IMG/VR virus record: IMGVR_UViG_3300037589_000222
Coordinates: 1 to 34,468 of that record
DNA length: 34,468 nt
From: a virus
Lineage: Duplodnaviria; Caudoviricetes
Reading direction: 5' to 3' (one strand)
Each line of letters begins with the position of its first letter. Position 1 is the stretch's first letter. A model generated the notes under the pieces. The model was not told where the DNA came from, did not search any database, and saw nothing but the letters and a program-made list of their open reading frames with translations. The position numbers and the translations under genes were made by a program. Shown here one piece after another: positions 18,212 to 27,058 of the stretch.

Positions 18212-19546
18212 TTACACAGTTTTAATCGCTGTTTTTACAGTTTCGATGTCATCATAAATAAAGGCTTGTCTATCCAACCTTTTTACAAAAGCATGAAATC
18301 TTGAACTTCCTAGAATACCAAACTGCCCTTTGATGAAATCTTCATTGATCCATCCAATTTGAACAGTGTAAGACTTGTAGTTTGTTGTGTTATATCTACT
18401 CATATCACACACAAATAATTTTCCAGCCGGAACATCTCTCTCAGGGATGATAGTAGTTCCTCCAATGTTTACTCTATTGAATAAGCTTGCAGTTGGATAA
18501 AGAGGTTTTCCGTCTCCGTCCTTTGCAGATACAAACTGTAAAAAGAAGTCTGTAGGATTCAACACAGTTAAACTAGGCATGTATGACATTTCATCCTCAT
18601 AGTTGTGAGTGTTGTAAATATCCGTAATACAAGCATTGATAACATCCATAATGTTTGGATTAGCTACTTTATTCGCCATCGTTCCAGCAACAAACGTTCT
18701 ACCGTATTTAGTTGCTCCTTTAGGATTTACTCCTAAACCATCTCCAAACAAAATTCCTTTTTGCTTTTTGAGATTGTGCTTTTTAAACAATAAATCTCTA
18801 GCAATGGAGTTAATTCCGGCAATATCTTGAATAGATTCCTCCGTTAATTTCATGTAAGCAGCAATCTTCTTAGGAGATGCGTATCTAGTTTCAATAGTGA
18901 AATCGATTTTAGAAGCAGCTTCTCCTTCTCCTAAGAATGTGAAATCTCCATCTTTAGGTAAAGTTTCTGTATATGGATAAGAAGCTAATGACGTGTTAAC
19001 GTTAGTAGTTAAAGCAAGAATATCTGCTCCTCTTAAATTCGCATTACTTGGAGGCGCAACTTGCGTACCAACCAACTCAGGAATTCCTTCCGGATTTGTG
19101 GCATTTCCTGTGGTAATATCTTCAGGAGCTTTTACAGTGATTTCAATAACACCGGACTTTGTTTCATAAAGAGACTTTATTTTGTCGTGATTCTTTTCAA
19201 TAAAGTTTTTGATTTGCTTGAAAATAGAATCTCCGCTTCCTCCGATACCACCATTCTCTTTAAGTTGATCGATTGATTCTTGTGCTTCCTTCAATTGCTT
19301 TTGCATTTTTGTTAATTCTTCAGCTTTAGCATAATCTTTTAAACCATCTTCTAGGTTTTTAATGCTAGTTTCCGCCTCTTTTAGTTTTTCGGCAGTAGGT
19401 CGTTTTTCTAGTGACTCTTTAATAGCTTTGAATTGCTCATTAAAGAATTCACTATGTAATTGGGCTTTCTCTTCGTTAGACTTCTCTTTGTAGTCATCTT
19501 CTGAAATGTTTTTGCCTTCTAAAAATTTTAAAAATTCTTTCTTCAT
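18212..19546 (-). CDS. Major capsid protein, HK97-type with N-terminal coiled-coil delta domain
   Basis: GEGEAASK, KKIAAYMKLTEE, ILFGDG...PKG, KDGDGKPL motifs. Confidence 0.92.
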   Translation of the reverse strand: MKKEFLKFLEGKNISEDDYKEKSNEEKAQLHSEFFNEQFKAIKESLEKRPTAEKLKEAETSIKNLEDGLKDYAKAEELTKMQKQLKEAQESIDQLKENGGIGGSGDSIFKQIKNFIEKNHDKIKSLYETKSGVIEITVKAPEDITTGNATNPEGIPELVGTQVAPPSNANLRGADILALTTNVNTSLASYPYTETLPKDGDFTFLGEGEAASKIDFTIETRYASPKKIAAYMKLTEESIQDIAGINSIARDLLFKKHNLKKQKGILFGDGLGVNPKGATKYGRTFVAGTMANKVANPNIMDVINACITDIYNTHNYEDEMSYMPSLTVLNPTDFFLQFVSAKDGDGKPLYPTASLFNRVNIGGTTIIPERDVPAGKLFVCDMSRYNTTNYKSYTVQIGWINEDFIKGQFGILGSSRFHAFVKRLDRQAFIYDDIETVKTAIKTV

Positions 19547-19554
19547 TTTTTGCT

Positions 19555-20409
19555 TTAAATTAAGTTTGTACTAAATAATTGTTCGGTTAGAGTGTTTTCA
19601 GCAAACGGCTCTGAGTCTTGAGTGTTTTCAGCAAACGGCTCAATATTTTTAGATATTTCTTGAACAGTAGTCAACTCATTAGCTCCAAATAAAACACATG
19701 AGTTTTCCAGTAATTGATATTCTACTACAGCCCAAAAGAAACCTCTTGATTCAACTTTATCTTTGTTTATTACATACTTGATGTACTTGTCGTAGTTCTC
19801 TTTTTCGCTTTTATAATCTTCTTCACTTGAATTGATACACAGATATATTTTTCTATACCTTAACCCAATTGAATGCTGCTTGATTTCATCGTCTAAGTAC
19901 AGAAAGTAGACTTTGCTGTCGTACTTTCTTCTTACAATGGACGAAACCATTAAAGCTTCCGCTTCTTTTAAGTCAGAATCTATATTGAATTGGTCAAGTG
20001 AAATTGTTTCTGTATTGGCAGCAACATCTCCACCAACAATACCATCCGTTGAGTAATTGTGATTTTTTAAATGATATAGGAGGTTTTTATTAGAAGCTCC
20101 TCTGTCTTTTAAAGTTTTGTCTGCGCTACCTGGAATAAGAACGTCCATATAAGAATCACACCAGCCATGCATGTTTCCGATAACCTTTACAGCAACTTCA
20201 TCATCTGAAAGGGTAGAGTCTTTACTTGTAGTTTTCTTTACAGATTTTCCAATTTTAGATAAATCATTAGTTTTTATTTCTACACATCCATAATCAAATA
20301 TGTCTGACTTAATAGGTAGTTTACATTTCTGTTCTATTAGGTTGGTTTTATTAGATTTTAAAAACCTGAATAGTTCTGATTTCTTTATTGCTGGCAGACT
20401 TACTCTCAT
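19555..20409 (-). CDS. Putative prohead protease
   Basis: DSYMDV...G...KT, HLKNH, QHSIG (catalytic Ser), ENSCVLFGAN motifs; between portal and capsid. Confidence 0.75.
   Translation of the reverse strand: MRVSLPAIKKSELFRFLKSNKTNLIEQKCKLPIKSDIFDYGCVEIKTNDLSKIGKSVKKTTSKDSTLSDDEVAVKVIGNMHGWCDSYMDVLIPGSADKTLKDRGASNKNLLYHLKNHNYSTDGIVGGDVAANTETISLDQFNIDSDLKEAEALMVSSIVRRKYDSKVYFLYLDDEIKQHSIGLRYRKIYLCINSSEEDYKSEKENYDKYIKYVINKDKVESRGFFWAVVEYQLLENSCVLFGANELTTVQEISKNIEPFAENTQDSEPFAENTLTEQLFSTNLI
19590..19641 (-). repeat. 22-bp direct repeat GAGCCGTTTGCTGAAAACACTC x2
   Basis: Identical copies at 19590-19611 and 19620-19641. Confidence 0.95.
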
Positions 20410-20513
20410 TTTTTTACAATTTTGTTGTGTTTAAGCACTTTGCTTTTTTCTGAAATCGACTGTTGTAAAGCTTTCTTATCAACAGTATTTTTTTTGTCAT
20501 TAGTTGTTTTCAT
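20406..20513 (-). CDS. 35-aa basic peptide not in ORF track
   Basis: MKTTNDKKNTVDKKALQQSISEKSKVLKHNKIVKK*; overlaps portal stop and has ATGA coupling to protease. Confidence 0.6.
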   Translation of the reverse strand: MKTTNDKKNTVDKKALQQSISEKSKVLKHNKIVKK

Positions 20514-21732
20514 TCCTAGTAGTATTAAATTCTAATTCCATTCCTAAAAACTTTGCAGCACTCTCGTGCTTAACACCTGACTTTATAAGCCTCTCCAAAG
20601 ATTTAGCATTCGTTTCGTTTACTTTAGCCTCTTCCTTCTTGAATACTTGCATAAATGGAAGGTGTGACCAATCAAGGACTATCTTTTTATTAGCTGTGTT
20701 GTATTCTAATCTCTTGGAAATATTATCTCCTAAATCAGATCCTTTTGGAGAAAGTGTATAACTAACATGAGAACCTCTAGCTTTTTCTTGGTTCTCGTAG
20801 GTGCTGCTTTCATAAGCTTCTAATACATCTCTAGGAATACCGTACATTTTCCCTATTTTGTAATAATCAGCTAAATAGCTATCATCTAAGTTTTTTAAAA
20901 CCTCTGATCGCTCAATAAATCTTTTGATATCAATAGGCGTTTTAACCGCATGTACTTTTTTATCTCCATCAATGCGCTGCTCAATTTCTTGCTTCTCATC
21001 AGCTTTCATCATTGGTAGATTAACATTCTTCTCGTCAATCTTTCCATTCACTATGTACTTACCTAAATACCTAGCATTTATATTTTTGCTGTCAATTCCA
21101 GCTTCTGAGTTTGAAATGATTTTGTAAAGAGCATCCAGTCTTGAGTTTCCTTTAAACCAATTCCCTGTGCTATTTGTTAAATCAGTTATAAAAAGAAGCT
21201 CTTTAACTTTGAATGTATTGTAAGTTCCATCATCATTGAGATACTTCACTTGCTCTTCTTCTAAGTCTTTAAGTCCTTTCTTGGATAGGATTAATTTCTT
21301 GACTTTTGCTTGTAGCTTGGTTGGGAAATAAATACGAGATGTATCTAAAAAGTACATCATATTGTTGTCTCGATCAATGTCTCCGGACTTGATATAGAGA
21401 ACTGCATTTCCTAACATTAGCCAAAACATATAATCCCAAAGAATTTGTCTCTGAGATTGAAAAGGGTTTGGATTGCTTAGAAGGTTGTATAATGGATCGT
21501 TTTCAACTGGCTTATCATTCTGTTTTACCTCTACAGTTGCGAGAGAAAACAAATCGCATTGAAGAGCAAAAACTTTTAACGCTGCTGGATTAGATAGAAC
21601 AGCAGCTAATTTGTCAGCTTCATCTGCATAATCATTGTATTGGGGTGTAGCGTTTATCAAAGAGAATAGGCTTTTACCGAAACTCTTCTTAAACTTATTA
21701 CTTCCAAAAACAAATGACAAACTAAAACCCAT
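20500..21732 (-). CDS. Portal protein (HK97-like)
   Basis: LLSNPNPFQS, LGNAVL, G.SRL, YGIPRDVL, STYENQE motifs. Confidence 0.92.
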   Translation of the reverse strand: MGFSLSFVFGSNKFKKSFGKSLFSLINATPQYNDYADEADKLAAVLSNPAALKVFALQCDLFSLATVEVKQNDKPVENDPLYNLLSNPNPFQSQRQILWDYMFWLMLGNAVLYIKSGDIDRDNNMMYFLDTSRIYFPTKLQAKVKKLILSKKGLKDLEEEQVKYLNDDGTYNTFKVKELLFITDLTNSTGNWFKGNSRLDALYKIISNSEAGIDSKNINARYLGKYIVNGKIDEKNVNLPMMKADEKQEIEQRIDGDKKVHAVKTPIDIKRFIERSEVLKNLDDSYLADYYKIGKMYGIPRDVLEAYESSTYENQEKARGSHVSYTLSPKGSDLGDNISKRLEYNTANKKIVLDWSHLPFMQVFKKEEAKVNETNAKSLERLIKSGVKHESAAKFLGMELEFNTTRNENN

Positions 21733-21780
21733 AAATACAAATGTTTACCTAACAAATTTAGGTGTTAACAAAAGGCTTCA

Positions 21781-21802
21781 TCGAGGCAAATTTTGAAAAT
21801 TA
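21781..21802 (-). promoter_or_regulatory. Putative phage late promoter, copy 1
   Basis: TAATTTTCAAAATTTGCCTCGA about 50 bp upstream of portal. Confidence 0.65.
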
Positions 21803-23146
21803 TAGTATGATTCCGTGTTCGTCTTTTAGTCCGCGGCAACCATACTCTTGACCGTCCATAATATGATCGTTTCCTTTCTTTGGTTTTCCGTCAATTGGCA
21901 CTTTGTTGATGTCTACTTCTAAGTAATAACCATTGTATTCTTTTTCAAGGTTAGTAGAATCTTCTGTGTAGTAATTCACAGCTCTATTGATGAAGTTGAT
22001 GTTTGACTTTTTATCTTTAGTAGCTGCTACAGCGTTGAAACCAGCTTCACGTAATTCAACTATCAAACCACTTTGAGCCGGATCACAAAACATCATCATA
22101 TCTCTGTCAACTCCTAATTCAGAAAACACATAAGAAAGTAATCCTCTATGTTTAGACCAAATATTGTTTTGCTGATCTTCCGGATGAGTTGCGATATTGT
22201 CACGAATGCTTTGTAAGTATTCCTTATGTTCTAAATTAAGCGCACGTAATGACTTGTACAACAACTCTCTTCTATAAAAAGCACCATCTTTGTACTTAAC
22301 ATGAGTTAGAGTGGTAGGAGCTGTATCTCCAAAGTCTACACCGTAACACTCTGCACCGTCAATATTATTAAATTCTTCAACGGTAATCTTTTTCCAACCA
22401 TAATACACTTTACTATCTCCGCCATCAGACACCAAGCCTTTTATTTGATTGTAGTAGTATCGAGGCTGTGTTTCTTTGTATCGTTCATAACGAGCAATAG
22501 TATTTGAATCAAGGTTCTTGATGTTGTCCTTATACGTGCCAAATATTGATAGATGGTTTGGTAAGTTCTTTGACTGTAGTTTATAATAACCTTCAACACC
22601 ACTTTCTAGTAAGTCATAGTAATCTGTTACAAGCCAATGGTCTTTAGGAGGAGCATTCCATGAGCGAATAATTTTTACAGGAGCTTTGATGGTTCTCAGT
22701 GAGTCGGCTAGCTTATTATACTCTTCCTGTCCGACTTCCTCACATTCCTCAATCATTACATGAGTAGCTCCAGCAATTGACTTCATGTTTGCAGTATTGC
22801 TTTTGGAACTTGCTTTAAATCCTTTCGACTTGATTGAGTTCCCTGTAGGCTTATGTACTGCCGTCATATCAGTATCATTGATTTTAAAGTCTTTTAAGTA
22901 GTTGTAATCATTGAGTTCTGAAACCTCATTGATTCTATCTTTAAAATCTTGCCATAATGAATCCCTTACAGTTCCTTGAATGGCTCTAACAAAATAACCT
23001 CTAAAGTAATTTGAAGTTATCATTGAAAGAAAAGCGTATAAAGTCATGTTGTGAGAACCGCCACGACCACGACCTCCCCAAATATCAGCTTCGTAAAAGT
23101 TTTGTGTGAATAATGGTTTTGCGTATTTACTAGGACGGATCAGCAT
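21800..23146 (-). CDS. terL: Terminase large subunit (PBSX-like)
   Basis: Walker A-like GGRGRGGS, Walker B VMIEECEE, GVDFG nuclease motif, NDHIMD. Confidence 0.93.
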   Translation of the reverse strand: MLIRPSKYAKPLFTQNFYEADIWGGRGRGGSHNMTLYAFLSMITSNYFRGYFVRAIQGTVRDSLWQDFKDRINEVSELNDYNYLKDFKINDTDMTAVHKPTGNSIKSKGFKASSKSNTANMKSIAGATHVMIEECEEVGQEEYNKLADSLRTIKAPVKIIRSWNAPPKDHWLVTDYYDLLESGVEGYYKLQSKNLPNHLSIFGTYKDNIKNLDSNTIARYERYKETQPRYYYNQIKGLVSDGGDSKVYYGWKKITVEEFNNIDGAECYGVDFGDTAPTTLTHVKYKDGAFYRRELLYKSLRALNLEHKEYLQSIRDNIATHPEDQQNNIWSKHRGLLSYVFSELGVDRDMMMFCDPAQSGLIVELREAGFNAVAATKDKKSNINFINRAVNYYTEDSTNLEKEYNGYYLEVDINKVPIDGKPKKGNDHIMDGQEYGCRGLKDEHGIIL

Positions 23147-23714
23147 CTTCTGAGAAATCTACAAATTCAACTTTGACACTTGTAATGTCCTTTCTTTTTT
23201 GCTCGTTGTCTTTTTCGTAGAATCCAATGTGTTTAGCTATTTTCTCTATAGTCCAATCCTTACCATGCAATTTGAGTTCTACTCCGTTTCTTCCTTCCTT
23301 TATGGATTCAATACACATCAATTGCTCTTCTGTTAGTTGGTCGAATGGTTTAAATTGTAGGACGCTTTCAGTTGCAAAGACTTCTTTTCCGGTTTCTTTA
23401 TCTGTCCCAACAGGCATTTTGATTTGAACGAAATCAACATATTCATCAATGCGAGACTTACGAAGAATGTTCAAATGTTTAAGCAACTCCCTTGAATCAC
23501 ATTTGAATTCTTTTTCAGCTATTTCGGCAGCAATTGCTTGAAGTTCTTTTATCCTCGCCCTGACCTCGCCCTTTTCAGATAGAGCGTAAGCTTTATTATG
23601 CACTGTCTCATCCTTCATTCGTGAGGTATTGTAAGCAATGCGATAAGCTTGTGTTTTATTACCGCTTTTCACATACTCTTTACAAAATATTTCCTGTTTC
23701 TTAGTTAGTGGCAT
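23130..23714 (-). CDS. terS: Terminase small subunit
   Basis: LTKKQEIFCKEY...GNKTQAYRIAY HTH; KHIG near C-terminus; upstream of terL. Confidence 0.9.
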   Translation of the reverse strand: MPLTKKQEIFCKEYVKSGNKTQAYRIAYNTSRMKDETVHNKAYALSEKGEVRARIKELQAIAAEIAEKEFKCDSRELLKHLNILRKSRIDEYVDFVQIKMPVGTDKETGKEVFATESVLQFKPFDQLTEEQLMCIESIKEGRNGVELKLHGKDWTIEKIAKHIGFYEKDNEQKRKDITSVKVEFVDFSEDADPS

Positions 23715-24088
23715 AATTCAAAAAATGCTGTTTTAAATAATTTTTGGTTCTCGTCAACTCTCTTGATGATATTGGCTTCAATAAGTAATTTGAAAGTGTA
23801 TCTAATTGTTCTTATAGAAACACACATTTCTTTTAGTACTCTGATGTGTATTGTATCATGTGTGAATAAACCTTTTTCAACACATATCTTTTCAAGAGTT
23901 TTGAATCGTTCCGGTGTTCGGCTGAGTCCTTTGCTTACTAAATATTCAGTGAATTTATTTTTGATAGATTGATATTGCTCCTCATTGGGTTGGTTAGATA
24001 GATAACTATTAACTTCAGACAATAGCAATTCAGCGTCTCCAGTTTCAATAGTCGCCTTTCTTACCTTTATTAATAAAATATCACTCAT
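23705..24088 (-). CDS. Fur-like winged-helix DNA-binding protein without the dimerisation/metal domain
   Basis: FTEYL..KG..RTPERF..LE.I...VS.RT..YT..LL.E..II.R matches the recalled Bacteroidota Fur N-terminal domain. Confidence 0.7.
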   Translation of the reverse strand: MSDILLIKVRKATIETGDAELLLSEVNSYLSNQPNEEQYQSIKNKFTEYLVSKGLSRTPERFKTLEKICVEKGLFTHDTIHIRVLKEMCVSIRTIRYTFKLLIEANIIKRVDENQKLFKTAFFELCH

Positions 24089-24092
24089 TCGC

Positions 24093-24179
24093 TTAGTAAG
24101 TCATTATGAACAAAACAAAAAGGAATACAAACCATAATACTATGGCGATATTAGGATTCACATTCCTGTATTGCTTCAT
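24093..24179 (-). CDS. 28-aa single-TM peptide not in ORF track
   Basis: MKQYRNVNPNIAIVLWFVFLFVLFIMTY*, fills the gap with 4-bp spacers. Confidence 0.55.
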   Translation of the reverse strand: MKQYRNVNPNIAIVLWFVFLFVLFIMTY

Positions 24180-24183
24180 AGTT

Positions 24184-24447
24184 TTACGCTGTTAGAACAA
24201 TTTTTCCAGTTTTGGCCTTTTTAAATGATCTAAAACTCTTGTCAATGGCTGGGGCTTTTCGGTACCATCCTTTGCCGCCTGTTGGGTTTAAGTATCTACT
24301 GGCTTTCTTTTGCCTTCCAATACGAAATCTTCTAAAATTCTCATTTACTGGAGCTGGAGGATAATACTTTGAAGTTGTTGTTGCTTTGGTCTTTTTTTTT
24401 GTTAATAGGGGTTTAACCCACTTACCAATGTTTCTAATGACTTTCAT
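24184..24447 (-). CDS. Highly basic hypothetical protein
   Basis: K/R-rich 87-aa ORF overlapping the HNH gene. Confidence 0.6.
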   Translation of the reverse strand: MKVIRNIGKWVKPLLTKKKTKATTTSKYYPPAPVNENFRRFRIGRQKKASRYLNPTGGKGWYRKAPAIDKSFRSFKKAKTGKIVLTA

Positions 24448-24751
24448 ACATTAATATTTTGCTGTTGATATATTCGAAGTCAAAAGGAACTCCATTTCGT
24501 TCCAGGAAGTCTTTGTGTCTTTTGTAGAGAAAGGCTTTGTGCTGCCTTTTATCTCCGTAGAATATGTGTTCTTGTCTTGTTAATGCTTGTAGGTTTTCTA
24601 TTCTGTCTTTATTACCATTGGGATCACCTCCCATACCTTTGCAATCAATATGGTGTATATCGACTGCTTTTTTTCCTGATAGTTCAGATGGTATAAAATC
24701 AGTAATTGAATATCCTAAAGCATCCAAGTAAATTTTGGTATGCTTCTTCAA
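24434..24751 (-). CDS. HNH endonuclease-like protein (probable TTG start at 24751)
   Basis: AVDIHHI...GMGG...DRIENLQAL....H motif; upstream of terminase genes. Confidence 0.7.
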   Translation of the reverse strand: MKKHTKIYLDALGYSITDFIPSELSGKKAVDIHHIDCKGMGGDPNGNKDRIENLQALTRQEHIFYGDKRQHKAFLYKRHKDFLERNGVPFDFEYINSKILMYESH

Positions 24752-24815
24752 TCTATATTCTTTTAGAGAAGTCTTTTTTTGAAGTCTAAATGCGGCGGAA
24801 TGCCTTGAAGTCAAA

Positions 24816-24846
24816 CAAATATAGCGATTTTTCAGTGAATTACGAA
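24816..24846 (-). promoter_or_regulatory. Host-type promoter TTCG-N19-TATATTTG upstream of the HNH/terminase block
   Basis: Consensus -7 element at 24816-24823. Confidence 0.55.
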
Positions 24847-26321
24847 GCTATATTATTAGTAAATAGTTGGAAAAGTTGATCTGATAATTTTGAGCTTTTT
24901 TCAGTAACTACAACTTCTTTTTCTTTTTTTGGTTTTGATGTTGATTTCTTCTTTGTGTACTTATCGCTTAGAGTGAATCCTTTGATTTCTCCGTATGCCT
25001 TATTGAGTAGGTACCAGTCTTTTTCATTTTGGAATTTGATGTGCAATGTACCTTTGTTAAATCCTTTGATTTCAAAGAAAGACCATTTGTACCACTTGTT
25101 TCTTTCAAGTCCTTCGTTAGAGTTGAAAAACTTCCATAAAGTTTCATGATCGTCGTAGTTCCCACCTGTAATATTGCAAAGGACTTTTACTAAATCATCA
25201 AGCTTCTTTTCTCTACCGTGATAGCACAATTCAACTTTTCCTGCCCTCCATGCTGGTTTTACAGTATAATTGATGATGAACTTTTTATTAAGCATGTGTC
25301 CAGAGTTGGTTTTCCATCCCTCAACACCGAATCTATTTTCATGAGTGTGTTTTGTGAAGTTGTCAATCACTTCTTCAAGAGCTTTGTTCATGGTCTGCTG
25401 TCTGGTTCCTATTATAATGTCAAACATTCTGTAAACGTTTTTCATAGTGAATGGGTACTTTTCTTGAGTCTCAACAAATCGGTTGATATCTTCCATTACT
25501 CCAGAAGTGACGTATTTACTAAGGTTCATTTTTGAAAAGATATAAGCCCAAGATCTTTTTTGCAACGTTTTAGAAAATTCTTCTTTGCTGGTCACTACTT
25601 CATTGTACGATACGCTGAATGATATTTTTTCAATTCCAATTACTGAGGTATTTCTTGTTAGATCATTGGTTAGTTCTTGCAACTTATCAAAAGTTTTCAT
25701 TGCACCAACATAACGATTCACCAAAGCACGTACCTCATTAAATTGCATGATTCCGTTTTCTTGCTGATCTTCTTCGTCTTCATCCATGAAAAAGCCTTCA
25801 AACTTTTCTTCTTGGCTTAATACTGGTTTGAATAAGCGAATCAAACCAACTTCAACACCTGTCTTTCTTTCAGCTTGAGAAAAACAATCTCCTAAATTTT
25901 CAGTTACTCCATACTTACTAATTAGTGAACTTAATTCGCGGTATCTGTAATCTTTGCTAATGGTCTGCCAATTACATAAAGAAATGATTTCGCAGCCTTC
26001 AGGAGCGATATTGTATGCATGAACTATATGCTTTTCAGCATTACTAAAAGGAGGATTCATAATAATCATGTCTACATGACTTATCTGCTCTGAAATACAA
26101 TCGAAAAAATCTTCTCCTATTAACTGAGCTTTATCCATTACGATTTTTTGTAATTCTTTGTTTTTCTCAATGGCTAGTACTTCCTTAGCTCCTAAAGATT
26201 TACAATAATCAACAATATTCTCTTTTCCAGCTTGAGGCTCTAGTACAATTTTACCAAAGCAATCAATTTGAATAGATTCTAATACGTCTTGTGGTGTTGG
26301 AAAAAACTCTCTGTCAAACAT
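24840..26321 (-). CDS. N6-adenine DNA methyltransferase with DUF4942-like C-terminus
   Basis: FFPTP, LEPQAG, DFF, IIMNPPF motifs; GWKTN and KGTLHIKF in the C-terminal half. Confidence 0.85.
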   Translation of the reverse strand: MFDREFFPTPQDVLESIQIDCFGKIVLEPQAGKENIVDYCKSLGAKEVLAIEKNKELQKIVMDKAQLIGEDFFDCISEQISHVDMIIMNPPFSNAEKHIVHAYNIAPEGCEIISLCNWQTISKDYRYRELSSLISKYGVTENLGDCFSQAERKTGVEVGLIRLFKPVLSQEEKFEGFFMDEDEEDQQENGIMQFNEVRALVNRYVGAMKTFDKLQELTNDLTRNTSVIGIEKISFSVSYNEVVTSKEEFSKTLQKRSWAYIFSKMNLSKYVTSGVMEDINRFVETQEKYPFTMKNVYRMFDIIIGTRQQTMNKALEEVIDNFTKHTHENRFGVEGWKTNSGHMLNKKFIINYTVKPAWRAGKVELCYHGREKKLDDLVKVLCNITGGNYDDHETLWKFFNSNEGLERNKWYKWSFFEIKGFNKGTLHIKFQNEKDWYLLNKAYGEIKGFTLSDKYTKKKSTSKPKKEKEVVVTEKSSKLSDQLFQLFTNNIAS

Positions 26322-26344
26322 AATTCTAACTTTTAAAGAAGAGC

Positions 26345-26731
26345 CTATTGGATAGGCTCAACTTGATGGTTACTAAACAAATTTGCAATCCCGAAGAACT
26401 CGTATTCATCTTTTTTGCCTTCTTCATTCTCTTTTTCAAATTTTCTAGGCTTTGACCAAATAAAGAATGATTTAGAACCTCTTACGACTTTGAATCCTTT
26501 TTCTTTCCAACCTTTGAATGTATTGAATTCTGTATGCTCTTCGTTTTTATACATAGTGTTCAGAATTACTTCGTTTACTGTGCTGTATAGCTCTGCTATT
26601 CCAGGAACTTCTTCAAGCATCTGCTTTGCTGTTTTACTAAATGATTTTAGTAATCTCTTTTTTTCTTCGATTCCGCTAGTTGAGAAAATTAAGTTGTAAA
26701 AGTCTTCTTTCGATTGTATTTCAGTACTCAT
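26345..26731 (-). CDS. ArdC N-terminal-like (DUF1738) ssDNA-binding domain protein
   Basis: FNTFKGWKEKGFKVVRGSK...LFSNHQV motif. Confidence 0.7.
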   Translation of the reverse strand: MSTEIQSKEDFYNLIFSTSGIEEKKRLLKSFSKTAKQMLEEVPGIAELYSTVNEVILNTMYKNEEHTEFNTFKGWKEKGFKVVRGSKSFFIWSKPRKFEKENEEGKKDEYEFFGIANLFSNHQVEPIQ

Positions 26732-26839
26732 GATATGTGTTTTTGTTTTACTTTGTAAATATACGTTACTTTTATTTACAAAACAAATATTTTTATAAAT
26801 TTTAGTAACTTTTATTTATAATTTATGTACTTTTACGGT

Positions 26840-27058
26840 ATGGCACTAAAAGCAAATAAGGTTTTTACAGCATCTTTAAAAGGTGAAGGGGTTGTTTTAT
26901 GGGATACTACTCTCAGACCTCTCTGCGTTCAACTTAGAGCGTATGATCCTGAATCACGCGGGTACATTACAATATTTAATGGACTGAAAGACTCTGGGAA
27001 ATATGAGTTTATTACGAAATCAGGAAAACAATATATTATTCAAGAGCTTACTCGTTAA
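26840..27058 (+). CDS. Antisense hypothetical protein (start 26840 or 26825)
   Basis: Fills the gap, divergent from the ArdC-like gene; TACTTTTA 4 nt before ATG 26840. Confidence 0.6.
   Translation: MALKANKVFTASLKGEGVVLWDTTLRPLCVQLRAYDPESRGYITIFNGLKDSGKYEFITKSGKQYIIQELTR

Noticed and set aside
20488-20500. Apparent homopolymer frameshift in a small ORF starting at 20500
   Set aside because: An upstream ATG at 20513 gives an intact 35-aa frame
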